Positions 26,728 through 35,446 of a stretch of DNA of 43,961 bases are shown piece by piece. The notes under the pieces are model-generated. The model was given only the letters and a program-made list of their open reading frames with translations. It was not told where the DNA came from and made no database searches. Every line of letters begins with the position of its first letter. The first letter of the stretch is position 1. The stretch is from a virus. A program made the position numbers and the translations under genes. The stretch lies in IMG/VR virus record IMGVR_UViG_3300010355_000140; one strand, given 5' to 3'.

Positions 26728-27891
26728 ATGAACAATAACGACATCCTCAAGCAGTATATCAGGGAACGCAAGCAATCCGGCGATACGTTCTTCACAACCA
26801 TTAGCGGCGTTGACATTGCCAACGCAAACCGCGACCAGCTGGCGCAATGGCTGGATGATGGTGGATTTGATGCACAAGCCATCATCACCGCATTCCGTGC
26901 CAACCAACCGGCCCCCGTGCCAACCAACCGGCCCCCGCTTCCGGACGGCTCCAAGCGCATGAGTGAGCGGCGGACGCCAGCCACTCCGGCACAATCCAAG
27001 CCAGAAGCGATGAACGCATTGCAAGCGGCACTGGCTGCATTGCTGCCAACGCAAGAGCCAGCCAGCGTCGCACTGACTCCGGAGGACCGCCAAGCCATCA
27101 TTGACGAGATCAAAGCAGAGATGGCACCGACCACCACCGTGGAGATTGTCGAAGTGGACGGGACACGCCGCGACCTTGGCCAGCAACACAAATGCTTCCC
27201 TACCCTGCTTGCGCTGGCCAGCCAGCGAATCGATTGTTTCCTTGTCGGCCCGGCTGGATCATTCAAGACCACGGCGGCGGAAGAGGTAGCCAAGGCTCTT
27301 AACCTCCAATTCTCCGCTATCAGCGTTTGCCAACAAACCACCGCCGTTGCACTCCTTGGCTACCTTAACGCCATGGGGGAATATGTCACCACCGAGTTCC
27401 GGAAACGCTATGAGGGCGGCGGAGTGTTCCTACTGGACGAGATGGACAATGGAAATGCCAACGTGCTGGCCGTTCTCAATTCGGCGCTGGCTAACAGCTC
27501 TTGCGCCTTCCCCGATGGCATGATTGCGAAGCACAAGGATTTTGTTCTTATCTCTTCCGGCAATACCTACGGGACCGGCGCGAACGCTCAATTTATCGGA
27601 CGTTGCCAACTGGACGCCGCCACCCTTGACCGCTTCGCCATGCTCGAATGGCCATACGACGAAGGAATGGAAATGGCGCTTTCCGGCAATCCTAGCTGGT
27701 GCCGCCGGGTGCAAGCCATCCGTGACGCTGCCGGTCGTCTCAATTCCAAGCTGGTCGTTTCTCCGCGTGCCACCTTCAAAGGGGCCAAGCTGTTGGCGGC
27801 TGGCATGGGTCAACGTGAAGTTGAGCAAATGCTGATTTTCAAGGGTATGGCTGACGCTGAAAAATCGAAAATCCTTTCCAACCTCCGCTAA
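26728..27891 (+). CDS. AAA+ ATPase, MoxR/CobS-like (AAA_5), with Pro-rich N-terminal extension
   Basis: Start is set at ATG 26728 (MNNNDILK), downstream of P1 and preceded by ccagaaaacaaaccaaa. The track's TTG at 26647 lies upstream of the promoter. Walker A FLVGPAGSFKTTAAEEV, Walker B VFLLDEMDNGN. Confidence 0.65.
   Translation: MNNNDILKQYIRERKQSGDTFFTTISGVDIANANRDQLAQWLDDGGFDAQAIITAFRANQPAPVPTNRPPLPDGSKRMSERRTPATPAQSKPEAMNALQAALAALLPTQEPASVALTPEDRQAIIDEIKAEMAPTTTVEIVEVDGTRRDLGQQHKCFPTLLALASQRIDCFLVGPAGSFKTTAAEEVAKALNLQFSAISVCQQTTAVALLGYLNAMGEYVTTEFRKRYEGGGVFLLDEMDNGNANVLAVLNSALANSSCAFPDGMIAKHKDFVLISSGNTYGTGANAQFIGRCQLDAATLDRFAMLEWPYDEGMEMALSGNPSWCRRVQAIRDAAGRLNSKLVVSPRATFKGAKLLAAGMGQREVEQMLIFKGMADAEKSKILSNLR
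26895..26937. repeat. perfect 20-nt tandem duplication inside the AAA+ gene (period not divisible by 3)
   Basis: gtgccaaccaaccggccccc at 26897-26916 and 26917-26936, translated in two frames (ANQPAP / PTNRPP). Confidence 0.9.
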
Positions 27892-28691
27892 TGAAATACA
27901 CACAAAGCATTTTCCGGAACGTGTCGGATTTTATGGCTATGGTCCGCCAGCCAGCACAAGTCATGGGAACAAGCGTGGACGCATCCCGTGACTCATGGGG
28001 CGGTGGATCGATGGCCAATGCGCTGGCAATGGTTGACACTGGCTGGAGTGGACGCCCGGACCTTGGCGCAATGGCCAAGGCCATGGCCATCCAAGGGAAT
28101 GCGCCCGCGCATTCCACCCGGCACGCTGTTTCCGGCGCGTTCATCGATATGGGCGAATATCTTTCCGGGATGCCGGAGTGTATGATCGATTTCATCGAAG
28201 AACCCGCCCCCCGGATCATAAAGCTAGGCGTAAACCTTGTGGCATCCGGCGCGAATAATCCGGAAGCGTTCAAACGCCGGGGCGCGGTCGTGCTGGCGGT
28301 TGTCGAATCGCTGCAAGCGGCTGGCTATGGCGTCGAAGTAACGGTGTATATGCTGGCCAGCGCCTCCGGCACATCATGGGTCAACTTGGATGCGTTCATT
28401 TTGAAGCGTGCGGACCAACCGCTGGACATGGATTCATTGGCTTTCTGGACGTGCCACCCATCGGCATTCCGGCGAATCTGGTTTGCCCTTTGCGAGCGCA
28501 AGTCATCCGACTTCCGGAGCGCGTTCGGGGTATATCGCCAAGGTGGCTACGGGATGCCAGCCACACTCCGGAACGTGCCACAAGCCAAAGAAGAGCTGGC
28601 CCTAGACCTTGAAATCGATATTGTGCCGCAGAGCATGGATGACGCGAAAAAACTTTATGAGAAAATCATGGAGCCATTCATCAACGAATAA
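27891..28691 (+). CDS. partner of the AAA+ ATPase; possible degenerate VWA-like domain
   Basis: 266 aa. Its ATG overlaps the upstream TAA (TAATG). IIKLGVNLVASGANNPEAFKRRGAVVLAVVESLQAAGYGVEV looks like a VWA beta-alpha core without a clean DxSxS MIDAS motif. Confidence 0.4.
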   Translation: MKYTQSIFRNVSDFMAMVRQPAQVMGTSVDASRDSWGGGSMANALAMVDTGWSGRPDLGAMAKAMAIQGNAPAHSTRHAVSGAFIDMGEYLSGMPECMIDFIEEPAPRIIKLGVNLVASGANNPEAFKRRGAVVLAVVESLQAAGYGVEVTVYMLASASGTSWVNLDAFILKRADQPLDMDSLAFWTCHPSAFRRIWFALCERKSSDFRSAFGVYRQGGYGMPATLRNVPQAKEELALDLEIDIVPQSMDDAKKLYEKIMEPFINE

Positions 28692-28718
28692 TTGACAAGC
28701 TATCCGGGCTAGTATATC
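28692..28718 (+). promoter_or_regulatory. promoter P2
   Basis: TAAttgacaagCTATCCggGCTAGTATATC. The -35 abuts the upstream stop codon. Confidence 0.65.
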
Positions 28719-28777
28719 TAGCCCGGAGACTAATGCAGCCTTGCCGGTCCCAAGCCCGGAGAAAATGCAGAGGGGTC
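28704..28777 (+). promoter_or_regulatory. AATGCAG composite element, copy A
   Basis: Hairpin ccgggctag/ctagcccgg. Box1 aatgcag at 28732-38. ccggtcccaagcccgg at 28744-59. Box2 aatgcag at 28764-70. ggggtc at 28772-77 pairs with ggtccc at 28746-51. Confidence 0.7.
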
Positions 28778-28799
28778 AGAAAACAAAACAGAAAACAAA

Positions 28800-29546
28800 A
28801 TGAACAATCGCGAACTCTCCCACCTCTGGGCCAATCAATCCCGCAAATCCGCCATCGGTTCAAACTTCTTCTTTGAAGGCGCAACCCTATATAGCTACGG
28901 CTATCATTTCAAAGTCGCACAACTCAAGACTTTGGAAGGCGGCGAACGCATCGCCCTTTTCAACCCTGACACATACTCCCAATCCACCACGCGGCACCAA
29001 TCGCTTGCGCGGGCCGCTGTCCATTGCGAGCTTTACTACCTCCCGTCCGATCGCTGGGAACACGTCAACACACCGGGCGAATTGGAACGCGAGCGGGCCA
29101 AGTATGAAGAGGACCGCCGGGTTGCCATTGAACGCGCCGACCGCGACCGGAAGGAACGCCAGAAAGCACTCCGCGCCCGCCGCAAGCTCGAAAAGCTGGG
29201 TGTGGAGAAACAGGTTGAAGAGTGGAAAGCCGGGCGCGTTTCCTATATCCCCGGCGTGCATTCCATTCCGGTCAAACTCCGCGTGAATGGTGACAAGGTG
29301 GAAACGTCATATTCCGCCAGTGTGCCCGTCGCCATGGCCAAGCGGGCATGGCCGCGCATCCTCAAGGCAGCGGCCACCCCCGGCCCCGTGGGCGCGGTCA
29401 TGCTCGATGCTCCGGACTTTGCATGGGGGGATTACAAGGGCATGAAACTAGAACGGACGGACGCCGGGGATGTGCTAGTTGTCGGTTGCCACCGGATCGA
29501 TTATTCCGAGGTCCGGTATATCGCCGACCAGCTCCAGTTGATCTAA
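28800..29546 (+). CDS. hypothetical protein (248 aa), central Arg/Glu-rich helix
   Basis: ATG is preceded by cagaaaacaaaacagaaaacaaa. No motif recognised. Confidence 0.65.
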   Translation: MNNRELSHLWANQSRKSAIGSNFFFEGATLYSYGYHFKVAQLKTLEGGERIALFNPDTYSQSTTRHQSLARAAVHCELYYLPSDRWEHVNTPGELERERAKYEEDRRVAIERADRDRKERQKALRARRKLEKLGVEKQVEEWKAGRVSYIPGVHSIPVKLRVNGDKVETSYSASVPVAMAKRAWPRILKAAATPGPVGAVMLDAPDFAWGDYKGMKLERTDAGDVLVVGCHRIDYSEVRYIADQLQLI

Positions 29547-29564
29547 TTTCATTGGTTCGCCGGC

Positions 29565-29662
29565 CCCTAGCCTAGCTAGGGTGCCCGGCTCTGGCAATGC
29601 AGCTCTCTCCCGCCATAATGGCGGGGCGGACCGGTCCCAAGCCCGGACAAATGCAGAGGGCC
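29565..29662 (+). promoter_or_regulatory. AATGCAG composite element, copy B
   Basis: Hairpin ccctagc/gctaggg at 29565-81. Box1 at 29596-602. Hairpin cccgcca/tggcggg at 29609-25. ccggtcccaagcccgg at 29631-46. Box2 at 29650-56. Confidence 0.7.
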
Positions 29663-29671
29663 AGAAAACAA

Positions 29672-29977
29672 ATGAAAACTTGGAACTACCATTACAAATC
29701 CGCCGCGCAAGCCCGTAAGGAAAACCCCGGCACCGATGGCGGGGGCGCGGATGGCTTCATTTATGAAGGCCACGGCATTGGAAAGAAAATCATTGCATTC
29801 CTGCCCCACCACCGCGACCCGGCGGAAGATGTGGAACGCGAGAAAATCGCCAAACTGTTAGCCGCCGCGCCGGAGCTACTCAACAAATTGACGGAGCTGG
29901 GCATTGCGCTAGAATATACTGAGCAAAGCCATCTTTGTGCCGACATCGAAACCCTAATCCAGAAAATCACCCAATGA
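29672..29977 (+). CDS. hypothetical protein (101 aa)
   Basis: Start is set at ATG 29672 (MKTWNYHY) after ccagaaaacaa. The track's 29597 start lies inside element B. Confidence 0.55.
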   Translation: MKTWNYHYKSAAQARKENPGTDGGGADGFIYEGHGIGKKIIAFLPHHRDPAEDVEREKIAKLLAAAPELLNKLTELGIALEYTEQSHLCADIETLIQKITQ

Positions 29978-30225
29978 ACGCTAACACGCACCCCGCCTAC
30001 CTGTTGAACGTCACGCACCGAAACGCCATGAAATGGCACCGGACGCAAATCAAGCTAGCTATCCTGACCGGAGATTGGCTTTACCTCCCATGGATGATCC
30101 AAGCGTGCCGCCGTGACCGGCGCGGGATCATCCGCCAGATGCGCGAGGCATGGGCGGACTACGCCCGGCGCGAGCTGGCTGTTCTGGGTAGCTCGCGACT
30201 CATTGCAGCCATCAGGTTCTACTGA
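29974..30225 (+). CDS. hypothetical protein (83 aa, basic)
   Basis: ATGA overlap with the upstream stop at 29974-29977. Confidence 0.5.
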   Translation: MNANTHPAYLLNVTHRNAMKWHRTQIKLAILTGDWLYLPWMIQACRRDRRGIIRQMREAWADYARRELAVLGSSRLIAAIRFY

Positions 30226-30243
30226 AAACCACCTGACCCATCA

Positions 30244-30274
30244 CCGGCCCGGAAATTTTCCGGGCCGGTTTTTT
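30244..30274 (+). terminator. intrinsic terminator
   Basis: ccggcccgg-aaatttt-ccgggccgg followed by tttttt. Confidence 0.85.
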
Positions 30275-30275
30275 A

Positions 30276-30303
30276 TTGACTGGATATACTAACCGGGTAT
30301 TTT
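30276..30303 (+). promoter_or_regulatory. promoter P3
   Basis: ttgactggATATACtaACCGGGTATTTT. The -10 ends 9 nt before ATG 30313, which implies a very short leader or none. Confidence 0.6.
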
Positions 30304-30312
30304 CGTGCGATT

Positions 30313-31296
30313 ATGGGAGGTAAACACAACCGTAACAACAAGGTTCGGCAACGCGCCCAGCAATCGATCCGAAAACATGAAGCCATGAAAAATCCATTTA
30401 AGAAAAAGGAGAAGCTACCCATCAGGGTGGATAAAATAGCTGATTGGGAACTCCCGGAGATGCCGCCGTGGGAGGTGGAAATGTTGAAGGCGGAGGCAGC
30501 GAAAGCACGGCAAGACCTCATCATGCGTGAGGACCAGCAGCGTCCGCAGCACCGTCTCCTCACCGAGCGCGAGTTCACAGAGCTTCGCTTCGACCTGCTC
30601 CGCAGGGGCCGGGATGGCTTGAACACTTTCTCACACGCCGAGCATCGCATCAGCGCGAAGATCGACCCCCATGAACTGTTCAGCATCGTGAACATCTATC
30701 CGCCGCATGAAGCACGGGACAGGGTGAACCATTTGATCCACCGCGTCAACCGGGTGGAACTACGCCCGGTGATGATGCCAGCCAGTCTGTTCGAGCGGGA
30801 GATGACGCGTGAGATGGAACAGTGGATGCGTGAAGCCGATCAGGAGGTCATGCGCCAGCTTCTCAAGAGCGGCATGTTTCCGCGTCCCGGCGAACACCCG
30901 CCGCTCCGGGATGACGTGCGCGAGAAGATCGACAACATGTTCCCCAAGGTTTCATTCAAAATGGAGCCACCACCAGAACTGGTCAGGCTGCAAAAGCGGA
31001 TGACCGAGCTGGATGCCAAAGGGCATTTCAAAGGCCGGAACTGCCGGACCAATTTCTTCGTGGGCGACAAGCTGCGGGCGATCGACCATAAGGTCATCCG
31101 GGGCCACTTCCGCGAGTGGGGCTATCCGGGCAAGGTTTTCGAGCTTTGCTATCATTCCGTGACCCCCGTGGAAATCTTCCCCGCCGAGCTGGAAGGTGCC
31201 GATGGGATGCAGATGGTCGTCCTTGAATTGAATCTTGACATCGGTGCGGTCGTCCTACCGGGCTACCTTTTCGAGCTGCATCCGGACGACGCTTGA
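30313..31296 (+). CDS. hypothetical protein (327 aa), very basic N-terminus
   Basis: Long ORF in the arm's orientation. No motif recognised. Confidence 0.65.
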   Translation: MGGKHNRNNKVRQRAQQSIRKHEAMKNPFKKKEKLPIRVDKIADWELPEMPPWEVEMLKAEAAKARQDLIMREDQQRPQHRLLTEREFTELRFDLLRRGRDGLNTFSHAEHRISAKIDPHELFSIVNIYPPHEARDRVNHLIHRVNRVELRPVMMPASLFEREMTREMEQWMREADQEVMRQLLKSGMFPRPGEHPPLRDDVREKIDNMFPKVSFKMEPPPELVRLQKRMTELDAKGHFKGRNCRTNFFVGDKLRAIDHKVIRGHFREWGYPGKVFELCYHSVTPVEIFPAELEGADGMQMVVLELNLDIGAVVLPGYLFELHPDDA

Positions 31297-31335
31297 CCAG
31301 CCCGCCCGCTTCTGCCATCCCTGACACCCCGACCG

Positions 31336-33690
31336 ATGGACATCCTGCAATTTCTCCCATCCGAACTCCGCGCTGCCGCCAGCAAGCTACCACCAGACAA
31401 GGCTCACACCGTCCTGACCCTCCCGCCCGAGGGCGAGGGCCACAATGCCGGTCTGGTCCGCGTGGCGGCGATCTGCTACCGCATGGGGGTGTCTTTCGAG
31501 GACACGCTGGCACACCTCAACGAAATCTACGCCTCTGACCGGCTGGATTACCGCACGGCACCGCGCCGGGCTGTCCAGCGGATTTGGGAGCGCAACGGGG
31601 AGATGCCCGAGGCGGGCGAGGAAGACACCATCCCGGACCATCAGGAGGAGTTCCTGCTGCGGTTCCGGCGCACGCCAGCCAGCCAGCTCATCGAGATGTC
31701 GCCGGAGTCGGTGAAGCAACGCCCCACGGCCATCGTCCGCCAGCTGTTCAAGCCTGAGCAGATCGTCAACGTCCAGTTCGGCAAATTCGAGGCGGGCACA
31801 CTGTTCAAGGTGGCTGACCTGCCCGATGACCTCCGCGAGTATAAGTTCCTCAACCCCTCCCACTTCAAGAAGGTGGAAGGCGTGCCCAACCCGCTCGACG
31901 GGGATAAGATCGCGACACGCTGCAATGCCAACGTGAAGGAGCGGCCCTACCTCGTCCTCGAAATGGACAGCAAGGATGATTCCAAGATCGAGCGGTTCAC
32001 GACGTTCGCCATGGAGCTTTCCAAGTTCGCGCCCATGGTGATGGCCGTGGACACGGGCAACAAATCGATCCACTTCTGGTTCGACGCACGCGACGAGGAC
32101 AAGGACCGCGTGCAGGCAATTTTCAAGCTGGCTGTTCTCCATGGGGCGGACAAGCAGATGGGTGTTAAATCCCAGATCGCACGGATGCCGAACGTGAGCG
32201 CATCCGATGAAGGCCGGGCCGCACAGCGTGTCCTCTACTTCGATCCCGAGGGCACCAACTATCCGGACAATGGCTGGGACGTGGCTGGCTTCGAGAAGTT
32301 CATCAAGCAAGCCCGGCAGCTCGAATACTACTATGACGGTAGTAGCGGGAAGTATTACGCGCAGAGCAACTCCGAAGCATGGATCGCGCTGGGCCGCACG
32401 TCCCTCACCAACCAGCTGGCCGGGCAAGGCTTCCGCGTCATGAAGCTGGAGGGTGAGGTTCTTTCGCCGGTTGAGATCACGATCAATGCGATCGAAATGG
32501 ACAAGTCGATCGAAGCGGCCATGAAAGGCGCGAGCGGTCGCCACGCTGGCTACTATGAGGAGAACGGCTTCCGGCTCTTGGTCATGAAGTCGCCGACGTT
32601 CATCAAAGCCCGCAAGGGCAAGTGGAAGACGATCGATGGGTTTCTCCGACACCTTCTTGACCACACACCCGAGCAATACGATGTCTTCATGGGTTGGCTG
32701 GCCAGCTCCGCCAAAGACCTCCGCAACGGTGGACGCCGCCGGGCACTGTTCTCGCCCGCGCAGTTCATGCACATCACCGGCCCGGCGGACTCCGGCAAAT
32801 CCCTCCTTCTGAAATTCATCCTGCCTGCGATTTTCGGCGGGCGCTCCGCTGACTGTGACGCACTGTTCGAGGACAAGGGAGCCAGTTTCAACTCCGACAT
32901 GTTCCAGAGTGAGCTGCTCTATCTGGATGACTCCGATGTGCTGCAAACGGACCACAAGTTCCGCGCCAAGTTCGGCGAGCGGATCAAATCATTCACCGTG
33001 GGAGCCGGTGGTAGCTACCACCAGAAATTTGGTGATAAGGTGCCGGTCGCCCCATGGTGGCGGTTCATCCGCCTCATGAACGAGGAGCCGCAGACCATCG
33101 CCACGCTGCCACCGCTGGAGGATGGCGTTGCCGACAAGATCATCATCCTGCGGGGCCAGAAGATGGACGGCGGGCCGATCGACAAGAGCAAGCCCGGCTG
33201 GTTCGAGCCGGTGCGTGAAGCGATTGAAAGCGAGCTGCCCGCGTTCCTCCACCATCTGTTGGAGGAATACCGCATCCCCGCCCACATCCAAGACCCGTCG
33301 AAGCGGTATGCCGTGAAGAGCTACCACAACGCCGACATCCTCACGCTGCTCGCCGAGGATAGCCCGGAGAGCTACCTTCACCACAAGATTTCCACCGATG
33401 CCTACAACCGTCTGTTCGTCGGTCTGGACGAGGATCAGCCGGAGCCATGGGAAGGCACCGCCAACGAGCTTTACACCCTTCTTTCGGAGACGGGCACCCG
33501 GAACGCGCAGGAACGATTCCGGAAGACATGCCCGTCTCCGAAGGTCTTGGCCAGCCAGCTACGTGCTGCGGCCAAAGCCCATCCTGACCAGTTTGTCTAT
33601 TCCGCGCCGAAGAAGAAAAACGGCGTGTATTTCTGGACAGTCAACCCTCCCGGTGTAACCCCAATCGTAACAGAAGATGACATCTTTTAA
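31336..33690 (+). CDS. bifunctional primase-polymerase (AEP) / SF3 (D5-like) helicase ending in VTEDDIF
   Basis: 784 aa. AEP-like motifs YLVLEMDSKD, TGNKSIHFWF and KSQIARMPN. Walker A ITGPADSGKS, Walker B LLYLDDSD. Confidence 0.8.
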   Translation: MDILQFLPSELRAAASKLPPDKAHTVLTLPPEGEGHNAGLVRVAAICYRMGVSFEDTLAHLNEIYASDRLDYRTAPRRAVQRIWERNGEMPEAGEEDTIPDHQEEFLLRFRRTPASQLIEMSPESVKQRPTAIVRQLFKPEQIVNVQFGKFEAGTLFKVADLPDDLREYKFLNPSHFKKVEGVPNPLDGDKIATRCNANVKERPYLVLEMDSKDDSKIERFTTFAMELSKFAPMVMAVDTGNKSIHFWFDARDEDKDRVQAIFKLAVLHGADKQMGVKSQIARMPNVSASDEGRAAQRVLYFDPEGTNYPDNGWDVAGFEKFIKQARQLEYYYDGSSGKYYAQSNSEAWIALGRTSLTNQLAGQGFRVMKLEGEVLSPVEITINAIEMDKSIEAAMKGASGRHAGYYEENGFRLLVMKSPTFIKARKGKWKTIDGFLRHLLDHTPEQYDVFMGWLASSAKDLRNGGRRRALFSPAQFMHITGPADSGKSLLLKFILPAIFGGRSADCDALFEDKGASFNSDMFQSELLYLDDSDVLQTDHKFRAKFGERIKSFTVGAGGSYHQKFGDKVPVAPWWRFIRLMNEEPQTIATLPPLEDGVADKIIILRGQKMDGGPIDKSKPGWFEPVREAIESELPAFLHHLLEEYRIPAHIQDPSKRYAVKSYHNADILTLLAEDSPESYLHHKISTDAYNRLFVGLDEDQPEPWEGTANELYTLLSETGTRNAQERFRKTCPSPKVLASQLRAAAKAHPDQFVYSAPKKKNGVYFWTVNPPGVTPIVTEDDIF

Positions 33691-33934
33691 TCCACGGCTC
33701 TGCTGCATCTGTGGCATCCGTCTCACCAACACAAACAAGCAGGCCACTGTCTGCTCCTACGCCTGCCGCATGGCACGCGACAACAACATCACACGGGAAC
33801 GGGCCATCCGTCTCTTTGGTGAGTATGAACACACCCAGAATGCCCGCCCCGAGCGTTACCGGAAAACGACCGGCAAGACCGGTTCCGTCACGATCGGCAA
33901 CATGAGCATCACCGGGAGGGTCCGCTATGATTGA
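33677..33934 (+). CDS. small zinc-ribbon protein (85 aa)
   Basis: CCICG...CSYAC cysteine pairs. 14-nt overlap with the primase stop. Confidence 0.5.
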   Translation: MTSFNPRLCCICGIRLTNTNKQATVCSYACRMARDNNITRERAIRLFGEYEHTQNARPERYRKTTGKTGSVTIGNMSITGRVRYD

Positions 33935-34118
33935 TAGCCGGTTCAAGTTGAACGAAGCGGACCTAAAGGCCGCATTCGATGCCGGGGTCCAGTATGCCAA
34001 AGACCCAGCCCGGTCAGCTAGCTTCAAGCACTGGCTAGCTGTTCAGGAATGCTACGCCGGGTTCGAGCTGTCGAAGGAAGCTCTCACGAAAGAAGTTTCT
34101 GAATCGGATATTTTCTGA
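33927..34118 (+). CDS. hypothetical protein (63 aa) ending in SESDIF
   Basis: 8-nt overlap with the upstream gene. Acidic C-terminal tip ending in Phe. Confidence 0.5.
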   Translation: MIDSRFKLNEADLKAAFDAGVQYAKDPARSASFKHWLAVQECYAGFELSKEALTKEVSESDIF

Positions 34119-34146
34119 TTGACGGGTATATCCTAACCAGTAAATT
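34119..34146 (+). promoter_or_regulatory. promoter P4
   Basis: TGAttgacgggTATATCCtaACCAGTAAATT. The -10 ends 7 nt before ATG 34154, the geometry expected for a leaderless mRNA. Confidence 0.6.
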
Positions 34147-34153
34147 TCCCGTC

Positions 34154-34663
34154 ATGCCAAAGTTACATTACGTCAAATCCGCACAAAAAGACAACTCCGT
34201 CGTGAAGAAGGGGCAACCCTACTGGTGGGCGAAGTTCAAAACCGGCCCATACACTTCACTGAAAAAGATGTGGGCCACGCGGCCCCGCCCGAGCCAGATG
34301 ACAATGTCGGTCTATTGGGGTCCAGTGTATGCGGTGCAGGAACACTTCGAGGACAGCACCATCGGCGACCTCGACGACATGCAGCCGCTCATCGACGATC
34401 TAGTCCAACAGGTGCAGGAAATTCTCGACGAAACGCAGGAGAAATTCGACAACATGCCCGAAGGACTCCAACAAGGTGACACTGGCCAGACGCTTGAGGA
34501 ACGCATCGGCAATCTTGAGCAGGTCGTTTCCGATCTCGAAAGCATCAACATCCCGGAGGATTCCGACTATGATGTGGACACCGATGGTGAGAAAGAGGAC
34601 TGGCTGGAAAGCCAGATCGATGACTTCCGCGCCGAGGTTGAAAACGCGCTCGCCAATTTCTAA
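34154..34663 (+). CDS. hypothetical acidic protein (169 aa)
   Basis: ORF directly downstream of P4. The C-terminal half is strongly acidic. Confidence 0.6.
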   Translation: MPKLHYVKSAQKDNSVVKKGQPYWWAKFKTGPYTSLKKMWATRPRPSQMTMSVYWGPVYAVQEHFEDSTIGDLDDMQPLIDDLVQQVQEILDETQEKFDNMPEGLQQGDTGQTLEERIGNLEQVVSDLESINIPEDSDYDVDTDGEKEDWLESQIDDFRAEVENALANF

Positions 34664-34691
34664 CTCTCCCAACAAACCAAAAATAGAAAAC

Positions 34692-35069
34692 ATGAACATC
34701 AATGTGACCATCCCCGCCCTCGACCGCCTCGTGGATTTCCTCGAAAAAGCGATCGGAGAAAAACTGCCCGGTTTCACCCCCGGCGCACCAGCCGCAGCTG
34801 AACCAAAGCCGAAGGGCAAAGGCAAAGCCGCACCGGCTGAAACTCCAGCTCCCGAAGCCGAACCCGAGAAGGCACCCGAAGGGCCGACCCTCAAGGAAGT
34901 CGAAGAAGCAGCCCGTGGCTACATCGCCAAGACCAGCCCGGCGGCGATCCGCAAACTGCTCGACGACAACGGCTTCAAAGGCAAGAAACTCGGTGAAGTC
35001 GATGCCAAGGAATATCCGAAGCTCCTCGAAGTCATCAGCAAGGCCACCGCAGAAGCCGACGTGATCTAA
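34692..35069 (+). CDS. hypothetical protein (125 aa) with Pro/Ala/Lys linker
   Basis: Start is set at ATG 34692 (MNINVT) after ccaacaaaccaaaaatagaaaac. The track's 34476 start overlaps the previous gene. Confidence 0.55.
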   Translation: MNINVTIPALDRLVDFLEKAIGEKLPGFTPGAPAAAEPKPKGKGKAAPAETPAPEAEPEKAPEGPTLKEVEEAARGYIAKTSPAAIRKLLDDNGFKGKKLGEVDAKEYPKLLEVISKATAEADVI

Positions 35070-35183
35070 CACCTTCCTACCTAGGACGGACGGAACTAAT
35101 GAAGTTCGGTGTTTATAGTAGCTACCATCACTCAAGTCATAGTCACTGAGAAAACTGCTACCTCTGGTTCCGTTCGAGACTCA

Positions 35184-35214
35184 CCCGCCATTCCGAAAGG
35201 GATGGCGGGTTTCT
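35184..35214 (+). terminator. intrinsic terminator (GAAA-tetraloop hairpin)
   Basis: cccgccattcc-gaaa-gggatggcggg followed by tttct. The T-tract is short. Confidence 0.6.
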
Positions 35215-35221
35215 AGGTGCC

Positions 35222-35446
35222 ATGGGTTCACGTCCACTCAACATACCTGACCCGCCGCCACCTACGCCTGTTATATGGGAGCTGGAGCGCAAGGAACTCA
35301 TATTCATGACCCCGAAGGGGCCGGTCCCCATTCAATGCCCCAGCTGTGGAGCGCCAATGGTGTCCGCGTTCGTGTGCGACTACTGTGGCACCAAGTTTTT
35401 CAACCAATATGACAACACCAGCAGACGCCAACCACCCGCACTATGA
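35222..35446 (+). CDS. small zinc-ribbon protein (74 aa)
   Basis: CPSCG...CDYCG motif. Confidence 0.5.
   Translation: MGSRPLNIPDPPPPTPVIWELERKELIFMTPKGPVPIQCPSCGAPMVSAFVCDYCGTKFFNQYDNTSRRQPPAL

Noticed and set aside
29590-29606. Sigma-54 promoter resemblance (cTGGCAatgcaGC) in AATGCAG element copy B.
   Set aside because: The GG-to-GC spacing does not match the -24/-12 geometry, and the TGGCA is absent from the other three copies.
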